A stretch of 64,000 bases of DNA from Escherichia coli (lineage in GTDB: Bacteria > Pseudomonadota > Gammaproteobacteria > Enterobacterales > Enterobacteriaceae). Location: the NCBI RefSeq assembly GCF_003334785.1, contig NZ_QOWV01000003.1. One strand, written 5' to 3'. This document shows, piece by piece, positions 28,967 through 39,637 of this stretch (positions are counted from its first letter, which is position 1; the number at the start of each line of letters is the position of its first letter). A model generated the notes under the pieces. The model saw only the letters and a program-made list of their open reading frames with translations. It ran no database searches and had not been told where the DNA came from. A program made the translations under genes and the position numbers.

Positions 28967-29010
28967 TTCCTCATTTCCCTGTTGCCTGCACTCAGGTAAC
29001 AGGGAACTTA

Positions 29011-29475
29011 TCATCGCAAATGATGCACCACCTGATTGCTGCTGCCGCGCCAGATCAGGGAAGGGTCTTTTAAATCCTGCACAAATTTGCCGTCGACCAG
29101 TACGTTAATCAAATCAACAACCTGCATTTGCGCAGCGTTGAGATCGTCGAGTTTATAGCCTGTCCACACCCAGATGTCTTTATCCGGACACTCGGCGCGG
29201 ATGCGTTTTACCAGTTTCAGAATATCCGGCACGTTTTGCGGATGCAGCGGATCGCCGCCGGAGAGGGAAATCCCCTGGCGTTTGATACGAGTGTCATTCA
29301 GATCGTTAATGATCTGGTCTTCCATTGCTTTGGTAAATGGCTGACCAGAATTTACCCGCCATGTGCTTTTGTTATAGCAACCGGGGCATTCATGAACACA
29401 CCCGGAGACAAACAGGGTGCAGCGAGTGCCGGGGCCGTTGACGATGTCGACAGGATAGTACTGATGATAATTCAT
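29011..29475 (-). CDS. nrdG: anaerobic ribonucleotide reductase activating protein (radical SAM)
   Basis: 154 aa; CxxxCxxC cluster (GCVHECPGCYNK). Confidence 0.93.
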   Translation of the reverse strand: MNYHQYYPVDIVNGPGTRCTLFVSGCVHECPGCYNKSTWRVNSGQPFTKAMEDQIINDLNDTRIKRQGISLSGGDPLHPQNVPDILKLVKRIRAECPDKDIWVWTGYKLDDLNAAQMQVVDLINVLVDGKFVQDLKDPSLIWRGSSNQVVHHLR

Positions 29476-29489
29476 TATTTCGCCTGGCT

Positions 29490-29620
<131 letters not shown>

Positions 29621-29632
29621 GTAGAGTGAAGA

Positions 29633-31771
29633 TTAACCTATCTGCCCATTTCCCAAATGTTTAACGCGGCGCTTAACTTCTTCCTGCTTACCGGCGTTAA
29701 ATGGACGTGCATCCGGGCTACCTAAATATCCGCACACGCGGCGAGTTACCGACACACGGGAGGCGTCATGGTTACCACATTTCGGGCAAGTGAAGCCTTT
29801 GCTGGTGCACTCGAACTCACCGGTAAAGCCACACTCGTAGCACTCATCAATCGGTGTATTGGTGCCGTAATACGGTACATGCTGATAGCTGTAATCCCAG
29901 ACATCTTCCAGCGCCTTCAGGTTGTGCTGAATGTTTGGATACTCGCCGTAGCAAATGAAACCACCGTTCGCCAGCGGCGGGTAAGGCGCTTCAAAGTCGA
30001 TCTTGTCGTACGGGTTCACCTTCTTCTCCACATCGAGGTGGAAACTGTTGGTGTAGTAACCTTTATCGGTCACGCCCGGCACCACGCCAAACTCAGCAGT
30101 ATCGAGACGGCAGAAGCGGTCGCACAGGTTTTCACTCGGCGTGCTGTAGAGACTGAAACCATAACCCGTTTCTTCTTTCCACTGATCCACTGCCTGACGC
30201 AGACGTTCAACAATGGCGATACCTTTCGCGCGAAGCTGCTCGTTGTCGTAAACATGCTCGCCGCCGAACAGCGCGTTAATGGTTTCGTGGATGCCGATGT
30301 AACCCAGCGAAATAGACGCACGACCGTTTTTGAAGATTTCAGAAACATCATCGTCAGCATTGAGACGCACGCCACAAGCACCTTCCATATAGAGGATCGG
30401 GGCCACGCGCGCTTTCACGCCTTCGAGACGAGCGATACGGGTCATCAGCGCCTTACGTGCCAGCACCAGACGTTCATCCAGCAGCTTCCAGAAGGTGGCT
30501 TCATCGCCTTTTGCTTCCAGAGCAATACGCGGCAGGTTCAGGCTGATCACGCCGAGGTTGTTACGACCATCGTGGATCTGCTCGCCGTTTTCATTTTCCC
30601 ACACGCCGAGGAAGCTGCGGCAGCCCATCGGGGTTTTAAACGAACCGGTGACTTTCACTACCTGATCGTAGTTCAGGATATCCGGATACATGCGCTTGCT
30701 TGCGCACTCCAGCGCCAGCTGTTTGATGTCGTAGTTCGGATCGCCTTTTTTATGGTTCAGACCATCGCGAATCGCAAACACCAGTTTCGGGAACACCGCA
30801 GTTTTACGGTTTTTACCGAGACCTGCGATACGGTTACGCAGGATAGATTCCTGAATCAGGCGCGATTCCCAGCTGGTGCCCAGACCAAAACCAAAAGTTA
30901 CAAACGGCGTTTGACCGTTGGCGGTATGCAGGGTGTTTACTTCGTACTCCAGCGACTGGAAGGCATCGTAGCACTCTTTAATGGTACGAGAGTTAGCGTA
31001 GCCTTCTGCGTCCGGGATGCTCCACTCTTCTGCGGTCTTGCGATGTTTGTTGTAGCTGGCGGTGACAAACGGTGCCAGCACTTCATCGATACGGTTAATG
31101 GTGGTGCCGCCATAAATATGGCTGGCAACCTGAGCAATAATCTGCGCAGTTACCGCGGTTGCCGTTGAGATCGACTTCGGCGGTTCAATCTCGGCGTTCC
31201 CCATTTTAAAGCCCTGGGTCAGCATGCCTTTCAGGTCGATCAACATGCAGTTGAACATCGGGAAAAACGGTGAGTAATCGAGATCGTGATAGTGAATATC
31301 GCCACGCTCATGTGCCTGCACCACGTCACGCGGCAGCAGGTGCTGACGTGCATAGTGTTTAGCCACGATCCCGGCCAGCAGGTCGCGCTGGGTTGGAATC
31401 ACCTTGCTGTCTTTGTTGGCGTTTTCGTTGAGTAACGAGGCGTTGGTCTGCTCGACCAGACCACGGATCTCCTGGTTCAGGCGACCGCGTTTTTCACGTT
31501 CAATGTCGCGATCGTGACGGTACTCGATGTAAGCACGAGCCAGTTGTTTGTATGGACCCGACATCAGCTGGTTTTCAACTGCGGTCTGGATCTCATTGAT
31601 ATCCACCTGGTTGCGGCCCTGCATCTGCTCGCTGACAACCGCGGCAACAGTGGCGCAATAATCGGCATCATCGACTTCCGCTGCTTTAGCTGCACGCAGA
31701 ATCGCTTCTTTGATGCGCTCTGATTTAAACGGCACTTTGCAGCCGTCTCGTTTCATCACATGCGGTGTCAT
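29633..31771 (-). CDS. nrdD: anaerobic ribonucleoside-triphosphate reductase (class III)
   Basis: 712 aa; C-terminal glycyl-radical region and Zn-ribbon cysteines. Confidence 0.95.
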   Translation of the reverse strand: MTPHVMKRDGCKVPFKSERIKEAILRAAKAAEVDDADYCATVAAVVSEQMQGRNQVDINEIQTAVENQLMSGPYKQLARAYIEYRHDRDIEREKRGRLNQEIRGLVEQTNASLLNENANKDSKVIPTQRDLLAGIVAKHYARQHLLPRDVVQAHERGDIHYHDLDYSPFFPMFNCMLIDLKGMLTQGFKMGNAEIEPPKSISTATAVTAQIIAQVASHIYGGTTINRIDEVLAPFVTASYNKHRKTAEEWSIPDAEGYANSRTIKECYDAFQSLEYEVNTLHTANGQTPFVTFGFGLGTSWESRLIQESILRNRIAGLGKNRKTAVFPKLVFAIRDGLNHKKGDPNYDIKQLALECASKRMYPDILNYDQVVKVTGSFKTPMGCRSFLGVWENENGEQIHDGRNNLGVISLNLPRIALEAKGDEATFWKLLDERLVLARKALMTRIARLEGVKARVAPILYMEGACGVRLNADDDVSEIFKNGRASISLGYIGIHETINALFGGEHVYDNEQLRAKGIAIVERLRQAVDQWKEETGYGFSLYSTPSENLCDRFCRLDTAEFGVVPGVTDKGYYTNSFHLDVEKKVNPYDKIDFEAPYPPLANGGFICYGEYPNIQHNLKALEDVWDYSYQHVPYYGTNTPIDECYECGFTGEFECTSKGFTCPKCGNHDASRVSVTRRVCGYLGSPDARPFNAGKQEEVKRRVKHLGNGQIG

Positions 31772-32006
31772 GATCGCTCCATATTTTTAAGAACAGGTTA
31801 TCCACAGAAATTGGGAAAGGCGTTTTCCGGTTTTTTCGTTTCGTTTTCCGGTGCTTTCCGCAATCGCCATCCGCTTATCCACAACGCCGCACCTTTTTCG
31901 TGGGGAGCTGTAGTAGCAATTATAGTCGATTAATACAACATATTGGGTTGGGACGCATTTTAAAGTCTATATATAGTGCTTTGCATCAAGGATGTTTGAA
32001 CTTTTT

Positions 32007-32020
32007 TTGATGTAGCTCAA
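32007..32020. promoter_or_regulatory. candidate FNR box upstream of nrdDG
   Basis: ttgatgtagctcaa matches TTGAT-N4-ATCAA at 9 of 10 positions; lies upstream of the anaerobically expressed nrdD. Confidence 0.45.
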
Positions 32021-32119
32021 AGTAAAAAGCAGAGCGTACGGATGACGGGCGCTACAGCGTTATGTAAATTTTTTAATGAATTTGCTGGTTGAAAAATCAA
32101 CAAAAACAACATGCTGACA

Positions 32120-32153
32120 GACAAAACCCCGGAATGACCGGCATTACCGGGGC
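32120..32153 (-). terminator. rho-independent terminator of treBC
   Basis: minus-strand gccccggtaatgccggtcattccgggg hairpin followed by tttt. Confidence 0.65.
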
Positions 32154-32164
32154 TTAGGGAAGAT

Positions 32165-33820
32165 TTACTTCTGTAACCACCAGACAGCCTCAAAAGGCCG
32201 TAAATTCATGGCACAGGGTTGTGGTGAGGCTTCTTCGTAGTTATGCATCACAAGCTGCCAGTTGCCGCGCATTTGCCCTGGCTGCCAGGGTTGGATCTCA
32301 CGGCTAAGGTTGGCAATGACCAGCAAGGTTTGCCCCTTCCATTCACGGCGATAGCACCACAATACAGGGCTGTTTGGCAGCAGATCCTGGTAATTGCCCC
32401 ATGTCAGGATGGCTTCCTGCTTACGCAGTGCGATTAACTTTTGGTAGGTGTAAAACACCGAGGAATCATCGGCCAGCGCGGCTTCTACGTTGATTTGTTG
32501 ATAGTTATCGCCCAGGCCAATCCACGGTTCGCCAGCCGTAAACCCGGCATTATCGCCGTTGCTCCATTGCATGGGCGTGCGGCTGTTGTCACGGGATTTA
32601 CTGGCGAGGATTGCCAATAACTCGTCGGCATCACGCCCATCGTTGCGCAGCTCGGCAAACATATTGAGGCTCTCCACGTCGCGATAGTCAGTAATGCGCG
32701 TGAAATGCGGGTTGGTCATGCCAATCTCTTCGCCCTGGTAGATATACGGCGTTCCCTGCATGCCATGCAGCACCATCGCTAGCATTTTTGCCGCAGGCAC
32801 GCGGTATTCACCTTCATCACCAAAGCGAGAAACAATGCGCGGCTGATCGTGGTTACACCAGAACAAGGCATTCCATGCTACGTTGTGCATTCCTTGTTGC
32901 CAGTGGCGGAACAATGTTTTCAACGCCACAAAGTCAGGTTTAGCCAGCGTCCATTTTTCACCACCGGGATAATCGACCTTCAGGTGATGAAAATTAAAGG
33001 TCATCGATAATTCACTGCCTGCCAGTGCCGCGTATCGCTGGCAATGCTCAAGGCTGGTGGAGGACATTTCACCTACGGTCATTAACCCGCGTGGCGTAAA
33101 CACATCGCGGTTCATCTCGTGCAAAAACTCGTGTGCTCGTGGCCCGTCGGTGTAGAAGCGACGCCCGTCGCCATCCAGGTCTTCAGGGAAACGCGGGTCT
33201 TTGGAGATCAGATTCACCACATCCAGGCGCAACCCATCGACCCCACGATCGGCCCAGAATTCACAGACTTTTTTCAGCTCTGCGCGTACCGCTGGATTCT
33301 CCCAGTTGAGATCCGCCTGTTCTGGTGCAAAGAGATGCAAATAGTACTGTTCGCTTTCCGCATGCCAGCGCCACGCACTACCGCCAAATTTTGAACGCCA
33401 GTTATTCGGTGGCGTTTCTGGTTCGCCATCGCGCCAGATATAAAACTGGCGGTAAGGGCTTTCTTTGTTCAGCGCCTCGCGAAACCAGGCATGTTGGGTA
33501 GAGGTATGGTTAAACACCATATCGAGAATGATACGAATCCCGCGCGATTTTGCCTGCGTCACCAGTTCGTCAAAATCGTCCAGCGTGCCGTAGGTGGGAT
33601 CAATCGCCGTATAGTTCGCTACGTCGTAACCGTTATCGACCTGGGGAGAGACATAAAAGGGGGTTAGCCAGATGGCATCAACGCCCAGTTTATGCAGATA
33701 GTCCAGGCGTTGGATAACGCCACGTAAATCGCCGGTACCGCTACCCGTGGTGTCCTGAAAACTCTTTGGATAAATCTGGTAGATAACGCCGTTTTGCCAC
33801 CAGTGGGGAAGATTAGTCAT
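32165..33820 (-). CDS. treC: trehalose-6-phosphate hydrolase (GH13)
   Basis: 551 aa from the ATG at 33820 (MTNLPHWWQNGVIYQIYPKSF...). Confidence 0.95.
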   Translation of the reverse strand: MTNLPHWWQNGVIYQIYPKSFQDTTGSGTGDLRGVIQRLDYLHKLGVDAIWLTPFYVSPQVDNGYDVANYTAIDPTYGTLDDFDELVTQAKSRGIRIILDMVFNHTSTQHAWFREALNKESPYRQFYIWRDGEPETPPNNWRSKFGGSAWRWHAESEQYYLHLFAPEQADLNWENPAVRAELKKVCEFWADRGVDGLRLDVVNLISKDPRFPEDLDGDGRRFYTDGPRAHEFLHEMNRDVFTPRGLMTVGEMSSTSLEHCQRYAALAGSELSMTFNFHHLKVDYPGGEKWTLAKPDFVALKTLFRHWQQGMHNVAWNALFWCNHDQPRIVSRFGDEGEYRVPAAKMLAMVLHGMQGTPYIYQGEEIGMTNPHFTRITDYRDVESLNMFAELRNDGRDADELLAILASKSRDNSRTPMQWSNGDNAGFTAGEPWIGLGDNYQQINVEAALADDSSVFYTYQKLIALRKQEAILTWGNYQDLLPNSPVLWCYRREWKGQTLLVIANLSREIQPWQPGQMRGNWQLVMHNYEEASPQPCAMNLRPFEAVWWLQK

Positions 33821-33869
33821 TACGTTATTCCTGCGAATGCGAGGGGGCGCAATTGCGCCCCGAAGAAAA

Positions 33870-35291
33870 TTAAACAATGTCCAGCGTGCCCAGGCGGTAT
33901 TTCCGCTGATAGATAAACGAGGTGAGTACAATCGGGATGATGATGGCGATAGCCATTGCCAGCGCAAACACCTGCCAGTAGCTCGGTTGAATCGAGAGAA
34001 TTCCCGGCAGGCCGCCTACGCCGATGCCATTCGCCATAACGCCGTTCAGGCCGCATAGCAATCCTGCCAGACCAGAACCAATCATCGCGCACAGCATCGG
34101 GAAGCGATATTTCAGGTTGATGCCGTACATTGCAGGCTCAGTGACCCCAAGCCAGGCGGAGATAGCGGCAGGCACGGAGATCTCGCGTTCATTGTGCTTG
34201 CGGCTGGAAATGATAATGCCTATCACGGCGGAGCCCTGAGCGATATTCGACAGCGCAATCAGCGGCCACACTGGCGTACCACCCATGCTTTGAATCATCT
34301 GCAAATCAATAGCAAGCGTGGTCTGGTGTACACCGGTGATCACCAGCGGGGCGTACAGGAAGCCAAACAATGCTGCGCCAATAGGTGCAAAGCTGCCGGT
34401 CATCAGGTGACGTACCGCAAAGGCAACGCCATCGCCAATCATGCGTCCAAACGGACCAATCAGCGCATGGGCGAGGAACACCGCGAGGATCAGCGAACAG
34501 ACGGGCACCACCACCAGATAGAGGTAATCCGGCACGATGCGTTTAAGGCGAGTTTCAATAACGCCCAGCGCCAGCCCGGCTAACAGTGCCGGGATCACCT
34601 GCGCCTGATAGCCTACTTTGGCGATGCTGAACATGCCAAAGTCCCACACTTCCGGCAGCTGCTGCCCGAGCAGATAAGCGTTCATCAGCTGTGGAGAAAC
34701 CAGCGTTACGCCAAGTACGATACCAAGGATCGGCGTGCCGCCCATTTTTTTCACCGCTGACCAGCAAATCCCGACCGGCAGGTAGAAGAAGATCGCTTCA
34801 CCGATCAACCACAGAAAATCGTAGATCGTTTGCAGGGAAGGGTACATTTGCGCCAGCGTTTGACCGTTGCTCATGGGCAAATCGCCGATCACATTGCGAA
34901 AACCGAGGATCAAACCGCCGCTAATCAACGCGGGCAGCAACGGGAAGAAGATCTCCGCGAAATGAGAGATCAACTGCTCATGCCATTTCATATTCTGCCG
35001 GGCGGCTTTTTTTACCTGCTCTTTATCAACCTGCGCCTGTCCGGTTGACGCAATCAGTGCTTGATAGTAATCACCCACATTGGTGCCAATCACCACCTGA
35101 AATTGCCCGGCATTGGTGAAACAGCCTTTCACCATGGGGAGTTGCTCAATTTCTTTCGGTCTGGCATTGGCCGGTTGGTTGAGGACAAAGCGCAGGCGAG
35201 TAATACAGTGGCTCACCGTCGCAATATTGCCGCGCCCGCCGACCAGTTCAATCAACCGATCGATATCCGTTTGGTTTATTTTGCTCATCAT
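33870..35291 (-). CDS. treB: PTS trehalose-specific EIIBC component
   Basis: 473 aa; EIIB cysteine motif (VSHCITRLR) then EIIC membrane domain. Confidence 0.95.
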   Translation of the reverse strand: MMSKINQTDIDRLIELVGGRGNIATVSHCITRLRFVLNQPANARPKEIEQLPMVKGCFTNAGQFQVVIGTNVGDYYQALIASTGQAQVDKEQVKKAARQNMKWHEQLISHFAEIFFPLLPALISGGLILGFRNVIGDLPMSNGQTLAQMYPSLQTIYDFLWLIGEAIFFYLPVGICWSAVKKMGGTPILGIVLGVTLVSPQLMNAYLLGQQLPEVWDFGMFSIAKVGYQAQVIPALLAGLALGVIETRLKRIVPDYLYLVVVPVCSLILAVFLAHALIGPFGRMIGDGVAFAVRHLMTGSFAPIGAALFGFLYAPLVITGVHQTTLAIDLQMIQSMGGTPVWPLIALSNIAQGSAVIGIIISSRKHNEREISVPAAISAWLGVTEPAMYGINLKYRFPMLCAMIGSGLAGLLCGLNGVMANGIGVGGLPGILSIQPSYWQVFALAMAIAIIIPIVLTSFIYQRKYRLGTLDIV

Positions 35292-35346
35292 AAAGCCCCA
35301 TGGCAGATGACATTTTTGGTTGGCTGCAGAATATATTGCGCGGAAA

Positions 35347-35360
35347 AATTTAAAAACGGG
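35347..35360. promoter_or_regulatory. candidate TreR (LacI-family) operator in treB promoter
   Basis: perfect 14-bp palindrome cgggaacgttcccg upstream of the treB start. Confidence 0.4.
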
Positions 35361-35409
35361 AACGTTCCCGAAACGCAGCGAAGATCACAATTTATCGTTC
35401 AGGAAACGA

Positions 35410-36357
35410 TCAGGACAGGGTGGCGGGGATGATGATTTGTTGCGGTTCGCTGCGCCCGGTTACCTGTGCGATCAATTGGCAGGCCGCCTGGCGTCCAGCT
35501 TCGGCGTAACCAGGATCTACGGTGACGATCTCCGGATGAAGGAATTTCATTAACGGCGTATTACCGACGCTCGCCAGTTGCAAGGTGTCGATGCGTTGCT
35601 CTTGCAGGTATTTACTTGCGCCAAGTGCCAGCGTGTCGGTTGCGCACAGTAAGGCGGTAGTTTCAGGCGTAATCACTTTTGCTACGTTCTCATAGCCTTG
35701 CTTCATAGCAAGCCCTGGCAGAGCGGCAACGGGATGCAGTTTATGCGCTTTGCAGAACGCCAGGTAGGCTTCGTGACGTCGCTTACCGGTCGTCACGTCA
35801 CTGTGCGGCACGCCGAGATAACTGATATTACGATGCCCCTGGTCATAGAGCCGTTGCATCAGGATCTTGATTGCCCCTTCGTCGTCATAACAGACCGAAG
35901 CAAAGCCTTTTGCGTCACGCGCCAGCAGAACCAGCGATGACTGCCAGTGGGCTAACATTTCTTCTGTTATGCCGGTAAAACCGAACAGCACTACGCCGTC
36001 GATATTACGCCGTTTTAGGATCCCCAAATGTTCGGCAACTAATTGCGGGGAAAACTGACTTTCCATCATGATTGGGTCGTAACCTTGTTCATAGAACGCT
36101 GGCAGCATGGTTTGAACGGCGAGATTTTCTGACAACGAATCCAGGCGGGTAACAATGATGGCGACCACTTTATCGCTTTGCCCACGCATAGCGCGCGCAG
36201 AGCGGGAAGGGGAAAATCCATGCTGATTCATCACTGCTTCCACGCGCTCGCGCGTGCGCTGGCTCACGCCGCTTTCGTTATTCAGCACCCGGGAAACCGT
36301 AGATTTCCCCACGCCGCTTAAGCGCGCGATGTCTTTGATGGTCAGCCGATTTTGCAT
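35410..36357 (-). CDS. treR: trehalose operon repressor (LacI family)
   Basis: 315 aa; N-terminal HTH IKDIARLSGVGKSTVSRVLN. Confidence 0.95.
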   Translation of the reverse strand: MQNRLTIKDIARLSGVGKSTVSRVLNNESGVSQRTRERVEAVMNQHGFSPSRSARAMRGQSDKVVAIIVTRLDSLSENLAVQTMLPAFYEQGYDPIMMESQFSPQLVAEHLGILKRRNIDGVVLFGFTGITEEMLAHWQSSLVLLARDAKGFASVCYDDEGAIKILMQRLYDQGHRNISYLGVPHSDVTTGKRRHEAYLAFCKAHKLHPVAALPGLAMKQGYENVAKVITPETTALLCATDTLALGASKYLQEQRIDTLQLASVGNTPLMKFLHPEIVTVDPGYAEAGRQAACQLIAQVTGRSEPQQIIIPATLS

Positions 36358-36469
36358 CCTGTTGTCCCGTAACGTGTTGTTTAATTATTTGAGGCTAACT
36401 TTACCCGTGCATTCAGCAATGGGTAAAGTCTGGTTTATCGTTGGTTTAGTTGCCAGCAGGTATTATATC

Positions 36470-36735
36470 GCCATAAATGCTACGAATATTATTGGATTCT
36501 CCTTATTATTTGCGGCGCTTTTTTCACTTACCGGAGGTTATATGGAACCTGATCCCACGCCTCTCCCTCGACGGAGATTAAAACTTTTTCGGTAAGCCCG
36601 TCTTTTCACGGCGTTACCGGATGCGTAAGGCCGTGACGTTTTAACGTCCCTGCTCAGCTTTATTACCTTCAGGTAAGGCTTCGCCACGCCTGAAGACATT
36701 TCTGTACTGTTTCAGACAGTGCGGAGGGACTCCTT
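36470..36735 (+). promoter_or_regulatory. mgtA 5' leader (Mg2+/proline-responsive) containing mgtL
   Basis: long untranslated leader ahead of mgtA carrying the proline-rich leader ORF mgtL; role known from K-12/Salmonella. Confidence 0.6.
36542..36595 (+). CDS. mgtL: mgtA leader peptide (17 aa, [17 protein letters not shown])
   Basis: ATG at 36542; proline-rich 17-codon ORF about 140 nt upstream of mgtA. Confidence 0.8.
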
Positions 36736-39432
36736 ATGTTTAAAGAAATTTTTACCCGGCTCATTCGCCATTTACCTTCCCGTCTGGTTCATCGTGATCC
36801 ATTGCCTGGCGCGCAGCAGACAGTGAATACGGTGGTCCCGCCGTCCTTAAGTGCGCATTGCCTGAAAATGGCGGTGATGCCCGAAGAAGAATTGTGGAAA
36901 ACGTTCGACACCCATCCGGAAGGGTTAAATCAGGCGGAAGTGGAATCTGCCCGCGAACAACATGGTGAAAATAAATTACCCGCACAACAACCGTCGCCGT
37001 GGTGGGTACATTTATGGGTCTGCTATCGCAACCCCTTTAATATTTTACTCACCATTCTCGGCGCTATTTCTTACGCCACGGAAGATTTATTTGCCGCGGG
37101 CGTTATCGCGCTAATGGTCGCCATTTCTACGTTGCTGAACTTTATTCAGGAAGCACGTTCCACTAAAGCGGCAGATGCCCTGAAAGCGATGGTCAGCAAT
37201 ACTGCGACGGTGCTGCGCGTAATTAACGACAAAGGCGAAAATGGCTGGCTGGAGATCCCGATCGACCAGCTGGTGCCCGGCGATATTATAAAACTGGCGG
37301 CGGGGGATATGATCCCGGCAGATTTACGTATCTTGCAGGCGCGGGATCTGTTCGTCGCTCAGGCGTCGTTAACCGGTGAGTCTCTGCCCGTAGAAAAAGC
37401 AGCTACCACTCGCCAGCCGGAGCACAGCAATCCGCTGGAGTGCGACACCCTGTGTTTTATGGGCACCACCGTGGTGAGCGGCACGGCACAAGCAATGGTG
37501 ATTGCTACAGGTGCCAATACCTGGTTTGGTCAACTGGCGGGGCGTGTTAGTGAGCAGGAAAGCGAGCCGAATGCCTTTCAGCAAGGGATCAGCCGCGTCA
37601 GTATGCTGCTGATTCGCTTTATGCTGGTGATGGCTCCGGTGGTGCTGTTAATCAATGGTTACACCAAAGGCGACTGGTGGGAAGCGGCACTGTTTGCGCT
37701 TTCGGTCGCGGTAGGCTTAACGCCGGAAATGTTGCCGATGATTGTTACCTCGACGCTGGCGCGCGGCGCAGTAAAGCTGTCGAAACAGAAAGTGATCGTC
37801 AAACATCTGGATGCTATTCAGAACTTTGGCGCAATGGATATTCTGTGCACTGATAAAACTGGCACCCTGACACAGGACAAAATTGTGCTGGAGAATCATA
37901 CCGATATCTCCGGTAAAACCAGCGAACGCGTGCTGCATAGCGCGTGGTTGAACAGTCATTATCAGACCGGACTTAAAAACCTGCTCGATACAGCGGTGCT
38001 CGAAGGTACGGATGAAGAGTCAGCGCGCTCGCTGGCCAGTCGTTGGCAAAAAATCGATGAGATTCCGTTTGATTTCGAGCGTCGCCGGATGTCGGTGGTA
38101 GTGGCAGAAAATACCGAGCACCATCAGCTGGTTTGCAAAGGTGCATTGCAGGAAATCCTCAATGTGTGTTCGCAGGTGCGTCACAATGGCGAGATTGTGC
38201 CGCTCGATGACATCATGCTGCGTAAGATTAAGCGGGTTACTGATACGCTGAATCGTCAGGGGCTGCGCGTGGTTGCGGTGGCGACGAAATACCTGCCAGC
38301 GCGTGAAGGAGATTACCAGCGGGCGGATGAATCCGACCTGATCCTCGAAGGATATATTGCTTTCCTTGATCCGCCAAAAGAGACAACTGCTCCGGCACTG
38401 AAGGCATTAAAAGCGAGTGGAATTACCGTAAAAATCCTTACTGGCGACAGTGAGTTAGTTGCAGCGAAAGTGTGCCATGAAGTGGGGCTGGACGCGGGAG
38501 AGGTGGTCATTGGTAGTGATATTGAAACGCTATCTGACGACGAACTGGCAAATCTCGCACAGCGCACCACGCTGTTTGCTCGTCTGACGCCGATGCATAA
38601 AGAACGCATTGTGACCTTACTGAAGCGCGAAGGGCATGTGGTTGGCTTTATGGGCGATGGTATTAATGATGCGCCCGCCTTACGCGCTGCGGATATCGGC
38701 ATTTCTGTGGACGGCGCGGTAGATATTGCCCGTGAAGCGGCTGATATCATCCTGCTGGAAAAAAGCCTGATGGTGCTGGAAGAGGGGGTTATTGAGGGAC
38801 GTCGCACTTTCGCCAACATGCTGAAATACATCAAAATGACGGCGAGCTCTAACTTCGGTAATGTGTTCAGCGTGCTGGTGGCGAGTGCTTTCTTGCCCTT
38901 CCTGCCGATGTTGCCGTTACACTTGCTTATTCAGAACCTGCTGTACGATGTGTCACAGGTGGCGATCCCGTTTGATAACGTCGACGACGAGCAAATTCAA
39001 AAGCCGCAGCGTTGGAATCCGGCGGATCTGGGGCGCTTTATGATCTTCTTCGGACCGATCAGCTCGATCTTCGATATTCTGACGTTTTGCCTGATGTGGT
39101 GGGTATTCCATGCCAACACGCCGGAAACGCAAACGCTGTTCCAGTCGGGATGGTTTGTGGTGGGCTTACTGTCGCAAACGCTGATTGTGCATATGATCCG
39201 TACCCGCCGTGTGCCGTTTATTCAGAGCTGTGCATCGTGGCCGTTAATGATCATGACCGTGATCGTGATGATTGTCGGGATCGCATTGCCGTTTTCACCG
39301 CTGGCCAGTTATCTGCAGCTGCAGGCGCTGCCGTTAAGCTATTTCCCGTGGCTGGTTGCGATTCTGGCAGGGTATATGACGTTAACCCAGTTGGTGAAAG
39401 GGTTCTATAGCCGTCGTTACGGCTGGCAGTAA
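36736..39432 (+). CDS. mgtA: Mg2+-importing P-type ATPase
   Basis: 898 aa; P-type ATPase motifs (DKTGTLT, TGDS, GDGINDAPAL). Confidence 0.95.
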   Translation: MFKEIFTRLIRHLPSRLVHRDPLPGAQQTVNTVVPPSLSAHCLKMAVMPEEELWKTFDTHPEGLNQAEVESAREQHGENKLPAQQPSPWWVHLWVCYRNPFNILLTILGAISYATEDLFAAGVIALMVAISTLLNFIQEARSTKAADALKAMVSNTATVLRVINDKGENGWLEIPIDQLVPGDIIKLAAGDMIPADLRILQARDLFVAQASLTGESLPVEKAATTRQPEHSNPLECDTLCFMGTTVVSGTAQAMVIATGANTWFGQLAGRVSEQESEPNAFQQGISRVSMLLIRFMLVMAPVVLLINGYTKGDWWEAALFALSVAVGLTPEMLPMIVTSTLARGAVKLSKQKVIVKHLDAIQNFGAMDILCTDKTGTLTQDKIVLENHTDISGKTSERVLHSAWLNSHYQTGLKNLLDTAVLEGTDEESARSLASRWQKIDEIPFDFERRRMSVVVAENTEHHQLVCKGALQEILNVCSQVRHNGEIVPLDDIMLRKIKRVTDTLNRQGLRVVAVATKYLPAREGDYQRADESDLILEGYIAFLDPPKETTAPALKALKASGITVKILTGDSELVAAKVCHEVGLDAGEVVIGSDIETLSDDELANLAQRTTLFARLTPMHKERIVTLLKREGHVVGFMGDGINDAPALRAADIGISVDGAVDIAREAADIILLEKSLMVLEEGVIEGRRTFANMLKYIKMTASSNFGNVFSVLVASAFLPFLPMLPLHLLIQNLLYDVSQVAIPFDNVDDEQIQKPQRWNPADLGRFMIFFGPISSIFDILTFCLMWWVFHANTPETQTLFQSGWFVVGLLSQTLIVHMIRTRRVPFIQSCASWPLMIMTVIVMIVGIALPFSPLASYLQLQALPLSYFPWLVAILAGYMTLTQLVKGFYSRRYGWQ

Positions 39433-39469
39433 AGAATAAACTGGGCACGATAGCCCCGATTCAGATTGC

Positions 39470-39600
39470 AGACAAAGTGAGCGTTGTTCATGCCGGATGC
39501 GGCGTAAATGCCTTATCCGGCCTACAAATTCAATCAATTGCAGGAATCACGTAGGCCTGATAAGCGTAGCGCATCAGGCAATTTTGCGTTTGTCATCAGA
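39470..39600. repeat. REP/BIME element
   Basis: gccggatgcggcgtaaatgccttatccggcctac ... gtaggcctgataagcgtagcgcatcaggc. Confidence 0.6.
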
Positions 39601-39637
39601 TTTAATCCGGGCATGATAGCCCGGATTTCCATCAAGA

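Noticed and set aside
28976-29007. Hairpin tccctgtt...aacaggga between cybC and nrdG as a terminator
   Set aside because: Good stem but no U-tract on either strand; left unannotated.
29768-31168. 466-aa ORF antisense to nrdD
   Set aside because: Embedded in nrdD on the opposite strand; no independent signals.
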